DNA of 26,950 nucleotides from an uncultured Thermococci archaeon (GCA_964487115.1 CAZAPD010000114.1:1-26950), one strand, 5' to 3'; counted from the stretch's first letter, positions 8,376 through 17,343 are shown. Notes: generated from the sequence alone by a model not told the origin. Program-made: numbers and translations.

Positions 8376-9890
8376 TTAGCTCCATTTAACCTCAGTTTTT
8401 ATCTTCCACACACCTAAAAGTTTTCCGGCATTCCAGGTTGCCTGAATCTGGAAGGCAACTATCATATTTCTGTAGATATCTATAACGTTGTATGAGTTTC
8501 CGAAGGGATTTCTATGGAGCTCCCAGCTTATTGAGCCTGCATTTATTATGGGAGTGTTCTCGATTTTGAGACCAAATGCATTACCCCCATGACCTGTCAG
8601 AACAAGATCTGCCCTTCTGGATGTTAGAAGCTTTAGGACATCTCCTCCATCCTCCAGAAAACCGATTTCTCTGCTCCTTGGGATGGGAATTATGTTGTGA
8701 TGCATAACCACAACGGTGAACTTCTCTCTGAATTCCTCCAAATGCTTTTTCAGCTTTTCCTGCCCCATCCTCCCCACAAGACCTATTGGAGTCTCATACT
8801 GGGCTGAAAGTATTGGAATGAAAACAAAATCACCTGATTCCAATATTTGTGGCTCATCAAAGTACTCACGGAACAGATCATACCCGAGATAAGTTATATC
8901 GTTATGACCGGGAATTATGATCTTCTCGGCTTTAATTCTCTCATAAAATTCGTGAGCCACCTCATAATACCGCTCTATCCCGACATCCACGATATCTCCG
9001 CAGTGAATCACCAGATCAGGCTTTAGTTTCTCATTTATTGTTCTTATAGCATTTTCAAGAACCTTTCTTCTGAAATAAACCCGGTCAGAAACGTTGCTCT
9101 CACTCATCTGGACAATCCTCATTATCCTCTCTCCCCTTGGTATGAAGATCTTTGGTTTTAGCGCCCGGTATTCCTTTTTGATTTCATCCCCTGTAACTCT
9201 TCGTATCCTCACCTCTACTCTTCCATCATCATACATTTTTATGATGTTGTAGCTGTTGACATCTCCTCTCCGCGTTTTTCTGCATGAGGTGCATCCGGCA
9301 TTGTCTATGATGAGATCCTCAGCCTTATAGATATTCGGCACATGTTTGTGACCACAGGTGTAGAGGTTAACCTCATGCCTCAGGAGCAGGTCAAGAACAT
9401 CTCCTGCATTAAAGAGCACGTTTCTTTCTCTACCAGTATCAGGCAGGGGTAAAAGGTGGTGATGAGCAGCTACTATTTTGAGCTTTTTATGGGAGTATTC
9501 CTCAAGCTTTGCCTTGAGCCATTTGAATTTATACCCCCCCACCCGACCATCGCTTAAGTCGGGAATTGTCGAATCGAGCCAGATTATCACAAGATCACCG
9601 TTTTCATAGACCCCGTTTAGGGGGCCTATAAATTTTTCAAAGAGCTTGTATCCAACGTTTCTGGCATCATGATTTCCCGGAATCACGATAAGGGGCTTTT
9701 GGATTTTTTTGAGCAGATAGCTGGAATGTTCATATTCCTCCCTAAGCCCCTGATTCGTGACATCACCAGTATGGATAACAAGATCAAAATCGCTTCTGTT
9801 GATTTCATTTGCAATTAAATCGAACGCATAGGCTTTAAATGCCGCATCTGGAGTTATATGAGTATCACTTATGTGGGCTATCCTGATCAT
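8376..9890 (-). CDS. Tandem two-domain calcineurin-like metallophosphoesterase (CpdA/Icc type)
   Basis: Domain 1 has SDTH, TGDVT, GNHD, HHH and GHKH. Domain 2 has SESN, CGDIVD, GHND, HHN and GHGG. Confidence 0.88.
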   Translation of the reverse strand: MIRIAHISDTHITPDAAFKAYAFDLIANEINRSDFDLVIHTGDVTNQGLREEYEHSSYLLKKIQKPLIVIPGNHDARNVGYKLFEKFIGPLNGVYENGDLVIIWLDSTIPDLSDGRVGGYKFKWLKAKLEEYSHKKLKIVAAHHHLLPLPDTGRERNVLFNAGDVLDLLLRHEVNLYTCGHKHVPNIYKAEDLIIDNAGCTSCRKTRRGDVNSYNIIKMYDDGRVEVRIRRVTGDEIKKEYRALKPKIFIPRGERIMRIVQMSESNVSDRVYFRRKVLENAIRTINEKLKPDLVIHCGDIVDVGIERYYEVAHEFYERIKAEKIIIPGHNDITYLGYDLFREYFDEPQILESGDFVFIPILSAQYETPIGLVGRMGQEKLKKHLEEFREKFTVVVMHHNIIPIPRSREIGFLEDGGDVLKLLTSRRADLVLTGHGGNAFGLKIENTPIINAGSISWELHRNPFGNSYNVIDIYRNMIVAFQIQATWNAGKLLGVWKIKTEVKWS

Positions 9891-9896
9891 GTCCCA

Positions 9897-10304
9897 TCAC
9901 TCCACTGCTATGGCAGTTTCAAGCTTCCTCCTGCTAACATCCAGAAGATCCCTGAGGCTGAAAATACCTACAATTTCTTCATTTTCCTCTATCAGGATGT
10001 GTTTTATGCCCTTCTTTGCCATTATGTCCAAGACGTCTTTCACTGGGGTATTTATGTCAGCTGTTATCAGGTTTTCTGTCATTATATGTCTCACAGGAGT
10101 TGTATTTGGCAAACCGGGAATGACAACCCTGCGGATGATGTCGCTTTTTGTAAAGAAGCCTACAACTTTTCCTCCCTCAACAACAACGAGGGAACCTATG
10201 TCGAATTCAACCATTACTTCACAGGCCTTCTTGACACTGTCCTCTGGACTAACTCCTATAAGCTTCCGGGTCATATATACTTTAATAGGTGCATTTGTCT
10301 CCAT
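9897..10304 (-). CDS. Stand-alone CBS-pair (Bateman) protein
   Basis: Two repeats: YMTRKLIGVSPEDSV...IGSLVVV...VGFFTKSDI and IMTENLIT...IKHILI...VGIFSLRDL. RBS GGAGGT. Confidence 0.9.
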   Translation of the reverse strand: METNAPIKVYMTRKLIGVSPEDSVKKACEVMVEFDIGSLVVVEGGKVVGFFTKSDIIRRVVIPGLPNTTPVRHIMTENLITADINTPVKDVLDIMAKKGIKHILIEENEEIVGIFSLRDLLDVSRRKLETAIAVE

Positions 10305-10317
10305 TTTGTTACCTCCC

Positions 10318-11112
10318 TCAAATTTTCAGATTTTTAACTTCAAAACTCTCCTCTCCAAATGCTATATCGATATAAAAAGCTTCTCCATTCTCCACGGCTT
10401 TAAAGGGTTCGTTAGAGTAGAATTCAAAGGTTGAAGATGCAATTGCAAAAAGATTTTGCTTCCTCAATTTCAGCAGACGATAATAGTTCCATTCAGACTG
10501 GATATTCGCAAGTTTTTTTACCATATAGGCTGTTATAAATGCTTTAATCTTACCCTGCGGATCTATCATAAGAGTTGCAGTATTTAAAGCCGTGTTCACA
10601 GTTTTTTTGAGGTCTCTAAACATGACCAAAAGATTTTCTTCTGCAGTTCCCTTTAAAAATCTGCACAAATAAACTGCCGCAACAAAGCTGTCAGAGGCTT
10701 TTTTAAGCTGTCTTATGTCAAGCTCAGCTATATCAATTATCTTTTCTTTGTTTAAGTCTCCATTGTGAAGAAACCAGAAGCTGAAGCCTCTCCTACTCGA
10801 AAATCCAAATGGTTGCACATTGAAGAGATTTTTATCCCCTTGACTTGCGGCTCTTGAATGTGCCATGAATACTGTGAAACCCGAGAGTTTGTCCTTGAGC
10901 TTATGAACACTCTCATCTTGGAAAATTGGAGTCATGCTTCGGTAGTGCTCAATAATACCATTTTTCAGGAGAATATAACCCCAACCATCTCCATGCTGAT
11001 TTCCACTGTGCCGTTTGGCCTTGTACGGGTCATCTTTTGATGAGAGGACAAATGCATCGAGGAGCTTTTCTATCTCGTAGCCACTGCCAACAGCAAAGAG
11101 AATCCTACACAT
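10318..11112 (-). CDS. Class II (Ntn) glutamine amidotransferase family protein (YafJ/EgtC-like)
   Basis: Likely true start MCRILF (Cys2 nucleophile) at 11112 with RBS GGTGGT. Motifs HGDGWG, HSRAAS, QPF, HNG and SDS. Confidence 0.88.
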   Translation of the reverse strand: MCRILFAVGSGYEIEKLLDAFVLSSKDDPYKAKRHSGNQHGDGWGYILLKNGIIEHYRSMTPIFQDESVHKLKDKLSGFTVFMAHSRAASQGDKNLFNVQPFGFSSRRGFSFWFLHNGDLNKEKIIDIAELDIRQLKKASDSFVAAVYLCRFLKGTAEENLLVMFRDLKKTVNTALNTATLMIDPQGKIKAFITAYMVKKLANIQSEWNYYRLLKLRKQNLFAIASSTFEFYSNEPFKAVENGEAFYIDIAFGEESFEVKNLKI

Positions 11113-11268
11113 GTAACCACCATAGGGATATGACACAGGAAATATAAAAAACTTCATCTAACTCTCTGCAGAGGTTGTGAAATAGCATCGTCTCTGGTGA
11201 AGTCATCCCTAACGGCAAGCATAGGGAAATATTTAAAGTTCTTGGAATAAAAATATGTGGTGCTTGAG

Positions 11269-12138
11269 ATGCACGTCCTTGAGGATACAATAAAGGAAAT
11301 ATTACTCAAGATTCACACTCACAGAGAGCTTTATGTGAGAAATGAGGAAGCCGTAAAACAGCATTTAATCGGCCACATATTCAGGACCCTCGGGTGGGAA
11401 TGGGATAACCCTTTTGAAGTCCGTCCTGAGGAGAAAACAGAAGATGGTAGGGCAGATTATGCTCTTATTCTCGATGGAAAGGTTTTTGCCTATGTTGAGG
11501 CTAAAAATCTTGGAATTAATATTGTAAAAAACGAAAAACCCCTGAGACAACTTGGCAGATACTGCTTCAATACAGGCGTTAAATATGGAATCCTTACAAA
11601 TGGAGCAATCTGGGTAGTGTTAAAGGCTTTTGAGGAGGGTTCCCGACTTGCAGATAGAATTCTCCTGAAGATTAATTTAGAGCACGAACCTCCCGAACGG
11701 AGCGCTCTTAAGATTTCACTGCTATCAAAGGACAAGATTCATGAAGTTGAAAAACTTTCCACCCTGCTAAAAGCTTTTGAGCTCAGCTTTGATGGTCTCA
11801 GAAGAGCGGGCTTCAGTGATGATGTCCTCATTGACTATCTCCGTGCTGGCAGGAGCAACTTCATCTCTGTTGATAAGCTTACGGGGCTTGAAACTCCGAA
11901 AACCGTGTATGTAAATGATAATGGTTGGAAAGCCATCCCTCTAAGCGAGCAGAGCCTTCGTGGAGTTCTCCTTGCAGTTTTGATGTATCTCTACAACAGA
12001 AAAGAGGGAAGTGAGAAGGAAGAGATTAGACAGGTTTATGAGCATCTGCGTAGAATTCAATTGGAGCCATCGCAGATACTCTCCCTTTTGAAGACACTTG
12101 AGGAAGAAGAGAGTATAAACATCGCCGTAGAGCTTTAA
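11269..12138 (+). CDS. Orphan HsdR N-terminal-like (PD-(D/E)xK) endonuclease domain protein
   Basis: NEEAVKQHLI...LGW...PE...RADYAL...VEAK...QLGRY...GILTNG motif set. No helicase, methylase or specificity gene adjacent. Start is ATG 11269 or GTG 11257. Confidence 0.8.
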   Translation: MHVLEDTIKEILLKIHTHRELYVRNEEAVKQHLIGHIFRTLGWEWDNPFEVRPEEKTEDGRADYALILDGKVFAYVEAKNLGINIVKNEKPLRQLGRYCFNTGVKYGILTNGAIWVVLKAFEEGSRLADRILLKINLEHEPPERSALKISLLSKDKIHEVEKLSTLLKAFELSFDGLRRAGFSDDVLIDYLRAGRSNFISVDKLTGLETPKTVYVNDNGWKAIPLSEQSLRGVLLAVLMYLYNRKEGSEKEEIRQVYEHLRRIQLEPSQILSLLKTLEEEESINIAVEL

Positions 12139-13124
12139 ATTACCTTCCAGAGTTCATCCGTTGGCGGTTGTTTCAGCACCCTCTCCTTTCCTTCCCTGAC
12201 TATAATTCTTTTATGCTTTTCTTTCAGAAATTTTCCTATAATTTCCGCATCTATGCCTGCTCTTTTGAGGGTTTTCACAATCAGATGAGCATTTTCCTGT
12301 GTTGCGGCTATCATCAGTGCCCCCGAACTTATTAGAGCCAGTGGATCAAGGCCGTAAAACTCGCATATTTTCTTGGTCTCCTCAGCTATGGGGATTTTCT
12401 CATAATAAACCTCAAACCCTAAGCCTGAGGCTTCAGCCATCTCATGGAGACCGTTTGCAATTCCCCCTTCCGTGGGATCATGCATGGCATGAACACCAAC
12501 ATCAGTGGCAATAAGAGCATCTTCCACAACGCTAATGCGCCCCAAAAAGGCTTTTGCTCTCTCAACGAATTTTTTTCCAAATACCTCTTCTAACTCGCAC
12601 TGTCTCTCACTCGCTATTATTGCTGTCCCTTCAATGCCTGCTCCTTTTGTCAGAATTATAGCATCTCCAGCTTTAGCTCCGTTTGACAGGACGACTTTCT
12701 CTCTTTTAACCTCTCCCAGCATAGTGCCGATTACTATGGGTTTTTTCAGCCCGGGAGTTACTTCTGTATGGCCTCCAACAACAGCAACTCCGAGCTTTCG
12801 GCAGTTGCTGTGAATCTCCATCATTATATCCCTTAAAAGCTCCTCACTGGAGTCCTCTGGTAGGAGAATAGTCACGAGGAACCATTTTGGTTTTGCTCCA
12901 AATGTTGCCACGTCATTGGCATTTACATGAACTGCATAGAAGCCAATGTTTTTCTCGGCACCGGTTATCGGGTCAGTTGATGCCACTAAAATGGTGTCAT
13001 TAAATTCTATAGCTGCTGCATCCACCCCTAAGCCTGAGCGGATTATAATCCTCTCTCCTTCAGCACCGAGGTGATTAAAGACTAACTCTCTCAGCTTTTC
13101 AGGAGGAACTTTGCCGGGCAGCAT
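12135..13124 (-). CDS. AIR synthase (PurM/HypE/ThiL) family protein
   Basis: GVDAA, STDPITGA, NANDVA, VVGGHTE, MHDPTEGG and DELW motifs. Confidence 0.88.
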   Translation of the reverse strand: MLPGKVPPEKLRELVFNHLGAEGERIIIRSGLGVDAAAIEFNDTILVASTDPITGAEKNIGFYAVHVNANDVATFGAKPKWFLVTILLPEDSSEELLRDIMMEIHSNCRKLGVAVVGGHTEVTPGLKKPIVIGTMLGEVKREKVVLSNGAKAGDAIILTKGAGIEGTAIIASERQCELEEVFGKKFVERAKAFLGRISVVEDALIATDVGVHAMHDPTEGGIANGLHEMAEASGLGFEVYYEKIPIAEETKKICEFYGLDPLALISSGALMIAATQENAHLIVKTLKRAGIDAEIIGKFLKEKHKRIIVREGKERVLKQPPTDELWKVI

Positions 13125-13135
13125 GCTATCAGCCT

Positions 13136-13336
13136 TCAGACTTCCTCAAGCTTTTTCTTGACATCTTCTGTGTGTCTTTTTGTTTCTTCTAAGGTATTCC
13201 TAAGATTGGTAAGCTCAAGCTTAAGCTCGTTTAGTGTTCTGTTCATCTGATAGAATGCAAACACAACTATCACAATAAGGATTAGTCCCAAAGTTATGGA
13301 AATCCATCCACTTGGCGTTCCGAAGTAGGGTGCCAT
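13136..13336 (-). CDS. Small single-pass membrane protein with C-terminal coiled coil, 66 aa
   Basis: One hydrophobic helix then a heptad pattern. RBS GGAGGAGTGA; lies 4 bp after the regulator's stop codon. Confidence 0.8.
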   Translation of the reverse strand: MAPYFGTPSGWISITLGLILIVIVVFAFYQMNRTLNELKLELTNLRNTLEETKRHTEDVKKKLEEV

Positions 13337-13340
13337 TTTT

Positions 13341-13637
13341 TCACTCCTCCTTCAAATTTTTTATAACCTCATTATCGACAATGAGCCTAAAAGGCTTTGC
13401 TTTATAGTATTTTTTAGCCCTTGGATCGTTTGGCTCTAAGCGAAGCTCACTTTCAATTAGGCCAGCTTTTTCGAGTTTTTTTAAGTGGAGATAGAGCAGT
13501 TGCCTCGATATGTTGAGGGTTTTGGCAAGCTCATACACATACCACTCTTTCTCGCATAGCATCTTTAATATCTTAACCCTAATCGGGGAACTCAAGGCAT
13601 CTGCAATAGTGGTTATCTCCTGAATACTTCTCACCAT
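13341..13637 (-). CDS. ArsR/SmtB-family winged-helix transcriptional regulator
   Basis: ALSSPIRVKILKML...YVYELAKTLNISRQLLYLHLKKLEKAGLI...KYY. ATG 13637 preceded by GTGA. Confidence 0.88.
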   Translation of the reverse strand: MVRSIQEITTIADALSSPIRVKILKMLCEKEWYVYELAKTLNISRQLLYLHLKKLEKAGLIESELRLEPNDPRAKKYYKAKPFRLIVDNEVIKNLKEE

Positions 13638-13715
13638 TTTAATCACGTATTAAAATACTGACATAAGACAGAGCTATGTTACATAATCTGAAAAGAGAAA
13701 TAAAAAGCTTTCGAA

Positions 13716-13880
13716 TTAGTGCCTGAGTATCAGGTATATTAGCATGCCCAGCATTATAAAGGGCAGGAAGAGAAATATCAGCCGAACGAAAAGGAATAAC
13801 ATTCCAAATACCCCAAGACCCCACCACATCCAGCCAATCCCTCGATGTCTCATTATAGGACCGCCAAAGCCTCTGGGCAT
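13716..13880 (-). CDS. Small Gly/Met-rich membrane protein, 54 aa; absent from ORF track
   Basis: Translated by hand: MPRGFGGPIMRHRGIGWMWWGLGVFGMLFLFVRLIFLFLPFIMLGMLIYLILRH*. RBS GGAGGG; starts 3 bp after the upstream stop codon. Confidence 0.8.
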   Translation of the reverse strand: MPRGFGGPIMRHRGIGWMWWGLGVFGMLFLFVRLIFLFLPFIMLGMLIYLILRH

Positions 13881-13883
13881 TTG

Positions 13884-14186
13884 TCATCCCTCCAGATATA
13901 ACCATCCAACTATGATTTCATTGTAGTCAAGGGTTACTTTGATGCCGTATGGAGTTTGATATGCACTACCTATTTTTAGTTTGTCCAAGGGATAATCCCC
14001 TGCAATTTTCCCTATGTAATTACCATATTTGTCATTTAATTTCAAAATGGCTCCCTTTCTGGTTTCAAATTTCTCAATTTTGGTTTCGGCTAACAGCTTT
14101 AACGCATCCTCCTTAACTTCCTCCACATCAATTTCCTCGATGGGTAACTCTCCAAATTCAACAAAATGCCAAGCTTTAGCCTCCAT
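13884..14186 (-). CDS. Hypothetical protein, 100 aa
   Basis: Start MEAKAWHF at 14186 with RBS GGGGAAGGTG. Soluble; appears to contain two similar beta-rich halves. Confidence 0.75.
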   Translation of the reverse strand: MEAKAWHFVEFGELPIEEIDVEEVKEDALKLLAETKIEKFETRKGAILKLNDKYGNYIGKIAGDYPLDKLKIGSAYQTPYGIKVTLDYNEIIVGWLYLEG

Positions 14187-14227
14187 CACCTTCCCCCCGT
14201 TGGAGTTAAAATAAAAAAGGAAAAGTT

Positions 14228-15073
14228 TCAAATGGCATGAGCGAATCTGTAGGCAAATCCTCTCATCCAGCGATATGTATTATAAAGCATCTGGCCTATC
14301 TCGCTGAGAGAGCTTCCATCTGCATGGGCTGTACTCTGGGAGTTCATCATGCCACGACCGCTCATCCTGCCATGCCCTCTCTGGACGGTTGCATCACCCA
14401 TCTTACCATAACCATGACTGTTTGTGCTTGAAATAACCTCGTGATAGTAGTCCTCACTGATCACTTGGGGTTCATAGGTTATGCCATATCCCTCTAATGT
14501 GCTTGTAAATGCTCTTAGATGGTTTTCCGAACCTTTCATGAGATTCTCATAAACCTGCTGAATATCCGGATTGTCTGTTTTAGCCAGCCACTCTTCAAGA
14601 TCCTTGATGTCAGTTTCTTCTATGAGGGCGCCTACCTTTAGGGCATCCTCAACACTTTGATTTCCCATCTCAACCAGCTGATTGTAAAGAGCCTGAAGCT
14701 CTGGATTAGTGAAAACTCCGACTTCTTCAGTTGCTGGATCTGTGAGATTGTACTTTTCAATTAAACTAAGCACCATGTCAGTGTGCATCTGTTCGCTCTG
14801 GGCAATGTTATTGAATATTGGAAGACCCCACTTTTCGTAGAGTGTTAAATAAACATCTCTCGCGAGCTTCTCTTCTTCTCTCATCCAAAGTAGGCCATCG
14901 ATCTCATCTTGATTCAATTCTCCTGTGTATGTGCTCAAGTAGGATGTTGTGCTGGTGTTTTGACCCCTATCCCATGAAGTTGTCCATGGCGGCATTGCTG
15001 CAGCTACTCCAATTATCAGACCAAACACCCCAAGGGCAAGCAAACCCAATCCAAACATTTTTTTCTTTCTCAT
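14228..15073 (-). CDS. Secreted or membrane-anchored DUF2202 ferritin-like protein
   Basis: Signal peptide MRKKKMFGLGLLALG...AAA. DUF2202 signature MREEEKLARDVY...IAQSEQMH...GALIEETDIKDL...YENLMKGSENHLRAF (two ExxH motifs). His/Gly/Met-rich tail. RBS GGAGGA. Confidence 0.87.
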   Translation of the reverse strand: MRKKKMFGLGLLALGVFGLIIGVAAAMPPWTTSWDRGQNTSTTSYLSTYTGELNQDEIDGLLWMREEEKLARDVYLTLYEKWGLPIFNNIAQSEQMHTDMVLSLIEKYNLTDPATEEVGVFTNPELQALYNQLVEMGNQSVEDALKVGALIEETDIKDLEEWLAKTDNPDIQQVYENLMKGSENHLRAFTSTLEGYGITYEPQVISEDYYHEVISSTNSHGYGKMGDATVQRGHGRMSGRGMMNSQSTAHADGSSLSEIGQMLYNTYRWMRGFAYRFAHAI

Positions 15074-15088
15074 GTTTATCTCCTCCTT

Positions 15089-15140
15089 CATATGTAATTT
15101 CAATATTACATATGTATCTTACCTTTATAAAGTTTTCGGT
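15089..15140 (-). promoter_or_regulatory. Promoter with palindromic operator CATATGTAA-N8-TTACATATG (copy 1)
   Basis: Minus strand reads ACCGAAAAC-TTTATAAA (BRE/TATA), then a perfect 9-8-9 inverted repeat at 15089-15114 covering the expected transcription start. Confidence 0.85.
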
Positions 15141-15211
15141 GCAAGAAAGAACTTACTTGATGTTCATAAAATTAAGAAAAATAGAGGGAGGTGTAAAGCA
15201 GGTGATTTTGA

Positions 15212-16375
15212 TCAATGTTTATGTTTCTTCACAGGTTGATGCTTTTCCTTAATGATGCTTTTGCCTGCCCTATACTTCTCCTTTATAAGATTCTTGAGCT
15301 GTGCCATAAGCTGTTGTGCAGTATCATAATCCCCGCTTTTAATTGCCCCTTTTATTGAGTCTATCAACTTCTCAGCATCCTGGACATCTATCCCTGCCTT
15401 TTCCATGAACTTTACCTGTATCTCAAGTCTGGCAAGTTCTCTGTTGAGCATCATATCCATGTGGCTGTGGAGCTTCTTTTTGAAATCCATATCAGCAAAT
15501 CTGACTACAAAATCCACTTTGGCTCTTGCTGCAATTGCAAGACCATATGCCTCTCCGTATTTGCCAGCCTCATAGGCTTTTTTTGCCTCCTCCAGCTGTT
15601 TTTCAGCCAACTCAAACATTCTTTCAGCTGCTGGAGAGGTAGCGTTTTCTAACATGCTCTCCGCCAGTTTTAGCTTCTCTTCAGTGGTATTAATGGCCTG
15701 CAAAGCGGTTTCAGCACTTATATTCAGCTTTATTTCTGAACAGTTGCATCCTCTGAAGTGCTCTTCTATCTGTTTCTTTATTTTCTCTATAGTTCTGTTT
15801 GAGAGCGGGGTTCCGATGAGTGCCATCTTGGGTTCTTTAACCTTTAACTTTACCATAAGTCTGCTAACATTTGCTGTTCTGTTTACAAATACAATCATGG
15901 CCTTTTCTTTAATTGCCAGTTTGAGGGCATGCTGGATTGCTGTTGTATCGTTCCCTGCCACGATTATAAGCCTGTTCTGGAGTTGAAGCTGGAATTTCTT
16001 TGTCGCATTTCCGAGAACAGCGAGGTCAGTTTCATATCTGTTTGTGCCCCACCATCTTTCTACAGTTATGCTGAGGTTTTGGAGATCTTCTACATATTCC
16101 TCGGGAACTGCGGCAGGCCCTCCAATTATTATTACCTCATCAGGAGCGTAGCTAACTATCTTCGTTGTGATGTTTGGATCATATACCCCCCACGGTGTTT
16201 TCACTACCGGAATCCCTGTCAGGTTTGATATATACTCAGCCAGCGTGCAATCAGCTTCGTTGTCACTGACCAAAATTACCACGCTGGGGGTTGTTGCTGA
16301 TACCCTGCTGAATGTCAGTGGCATTGCTAATATCAGCAAACTAAAGACCAATGCCAGAGCTTTTTTCCCCACCAT
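15212..16375 (-). CDS. Secreted cell-wall-binding-repeat-2 (CWB2)-like protein with helical C-terminal region
   Basis: Signal peptide, CWB2-like VIIIGGPAAVP...VERWWGTNRYET, many NxS/T sequons, helical repeats (AKKAYEAGKYGEAYGLA) and a His/Lys tail. RBS GAGGTGA. Confidence 0.8.
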   Translation of the reverse strand: MVGKKALALVFSLLILAMPLTFSRVSATTPSVVILVSDNEADCTLAEYISNLTGIPVVKTPWGVYDPNITTKIVSYAPDEVIIIGGPAAVPEEYVEDLQNLSITVERWWGTNRYETDLAVLGNATKKFQLQLQNRLIIVAGNDTTAIQHALKLAIKEKAMIVFVNRTANVSRLMVKLKVKEPKMALIGTPLSNRTIEKIKKQIEEHFRGCNCSEIKLNISAETALQAINTTEEKLKLAESMLENATSPAAERMFELAEKQLEEAKKAYEAGKYGEAYGLAIAARAKVDFVVRFADMDFKKKLHSHMDMMLNRELARLEIQVKFMEKAGIDVQDAEKLIDSIKGAIKSGDYDTAQQLMAQLKNLIKEKYRAGKSIIKEKHQPVKKHKH

Positions 16376-16704
16376 ATTACATCACCTCGCTTATTTCTAA
16401 GTAAAAACTCCTATTTAAGCTTTTTTCACGTAATCGTCCATTAACGTTAGCGTTTGTTCAAATTGAGTCTATTAAACAGCCATTTCCATGCATGATTGTT
16501 AAAAAACGTTTGTTACCGTTTATGTAGGTTTAATTAGGCCCGACACAGGATATCCTGGGGATTATAGAAGATTTAACTTTTTATAGGTTCATCGGAATGC
16601 TCTATGAAGAATACAACAAAAACACAAAACTCTGTCAATCTACAGCTGCATAGAAAAGAAGGAATAGATTCAGAGAATAAAGAAATAAACTGAAGTTCGC
16701 AATT

Positions 16705-17343
16705 TTAACTGTTATTTCGGATTTTTTCTATTGCCTCGGCCAGATATTCCTTAAAAACCTCTCTATCCAGACCATTTTTTACTTCAATTGCTTCCAGTAA
16801 CTCATCAGGCTGAGCCTCTATTCCATAGTCACTCTTTAAAACCGCTACCAGTTTATCCACTGGAACATCATATGCTTTAGCAAGCTGATCGAGCGTGTAA
16901 CTCTTCAGCATGCTACCTGTTATCTCCACACTGGAATTACTGATCACTGCAGAGCCTGTCCCTTCATGATCGCTTTCTCCTTCTCCAGTAAGGGCTCCAA
17001 ATACGAAGTATCCTCCAGTCATGATGAGTGTCATTAACACCAATCCGACTACGGTCTTCTTTTTGGCTTTTTTAAAGCCCATTTTTAGCATTGTTATCAT
17101 GCTGTTAAATCCGACTATGAGGTGTATTGCAACTATGCCTATCATTGCAAAACCCAAATATGTGTGGAGGTTCGTCCAAGTGTCTTTATTAAGTCCCAGG
17201 AATGTCCATCCCAAAGTTTCTGCGATTCTTCCAGATGGAGCAAGGTAGAGAGCTATTCCCGAAATTGCAATTAAGGCAAAAACCACACTTAATGCCAGAT
17301 CTATAATTCCCCTAAACCAAGCCGGAGCTGATTTCCACATCAT
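16705..17343 (-). CDS. DUF4405-like membrane protein (putative b-type cytochrome) with C-terminal soluble domain
   Basis: Three TM helices, ISGIALYLAP and W..LHTYLG...IHL with two in-membrane His, acidic linker, helical C-terminal domain. RBS GGAGGTG. Confidence 0.75.
   Translation of the reverse strand: MMWKSAPAWFRGIIDLALSVVFALIAISGIALYLAPSGRIAETLGWTFLGLNKDTWTNLHTYLGFAMIGIVAIHLIVGFNSMITMLKMGFKKAKKKTVVGLVLMTLIMTGGYFVFGALTGEGESDHEGTGSAVISNSSVEITGSMLKSYTLDQLAKAYDVPVDKLVAVLKSDYGIEAQPDELLEAIEVKNGLDREVFKEYLAEAIEKIRNNS

Noticed and set aside
11113..11256. Repeated CATAGGGA and a 22-codon minus-strand ORF in the divergent intergenic region
   Set aside because: Too short, no RBS and no recognisable RNA motif; could be chance or a decayed fragment.
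13639..13905. 88-aa minus-strand ORF in the track
   Set aside because: It overlaps a better-supported 54-aa membrane ORF in another frame and runs through the ArsR promoter.
16420..16700. Long intergenic stretch with repeated CGTT/AACG words, possible SurR sites
   Set aside because: I found no exact GTT-N3-AAC match (the closest is GTT-N4-AAC) and no convincing ORF or RNA structure.
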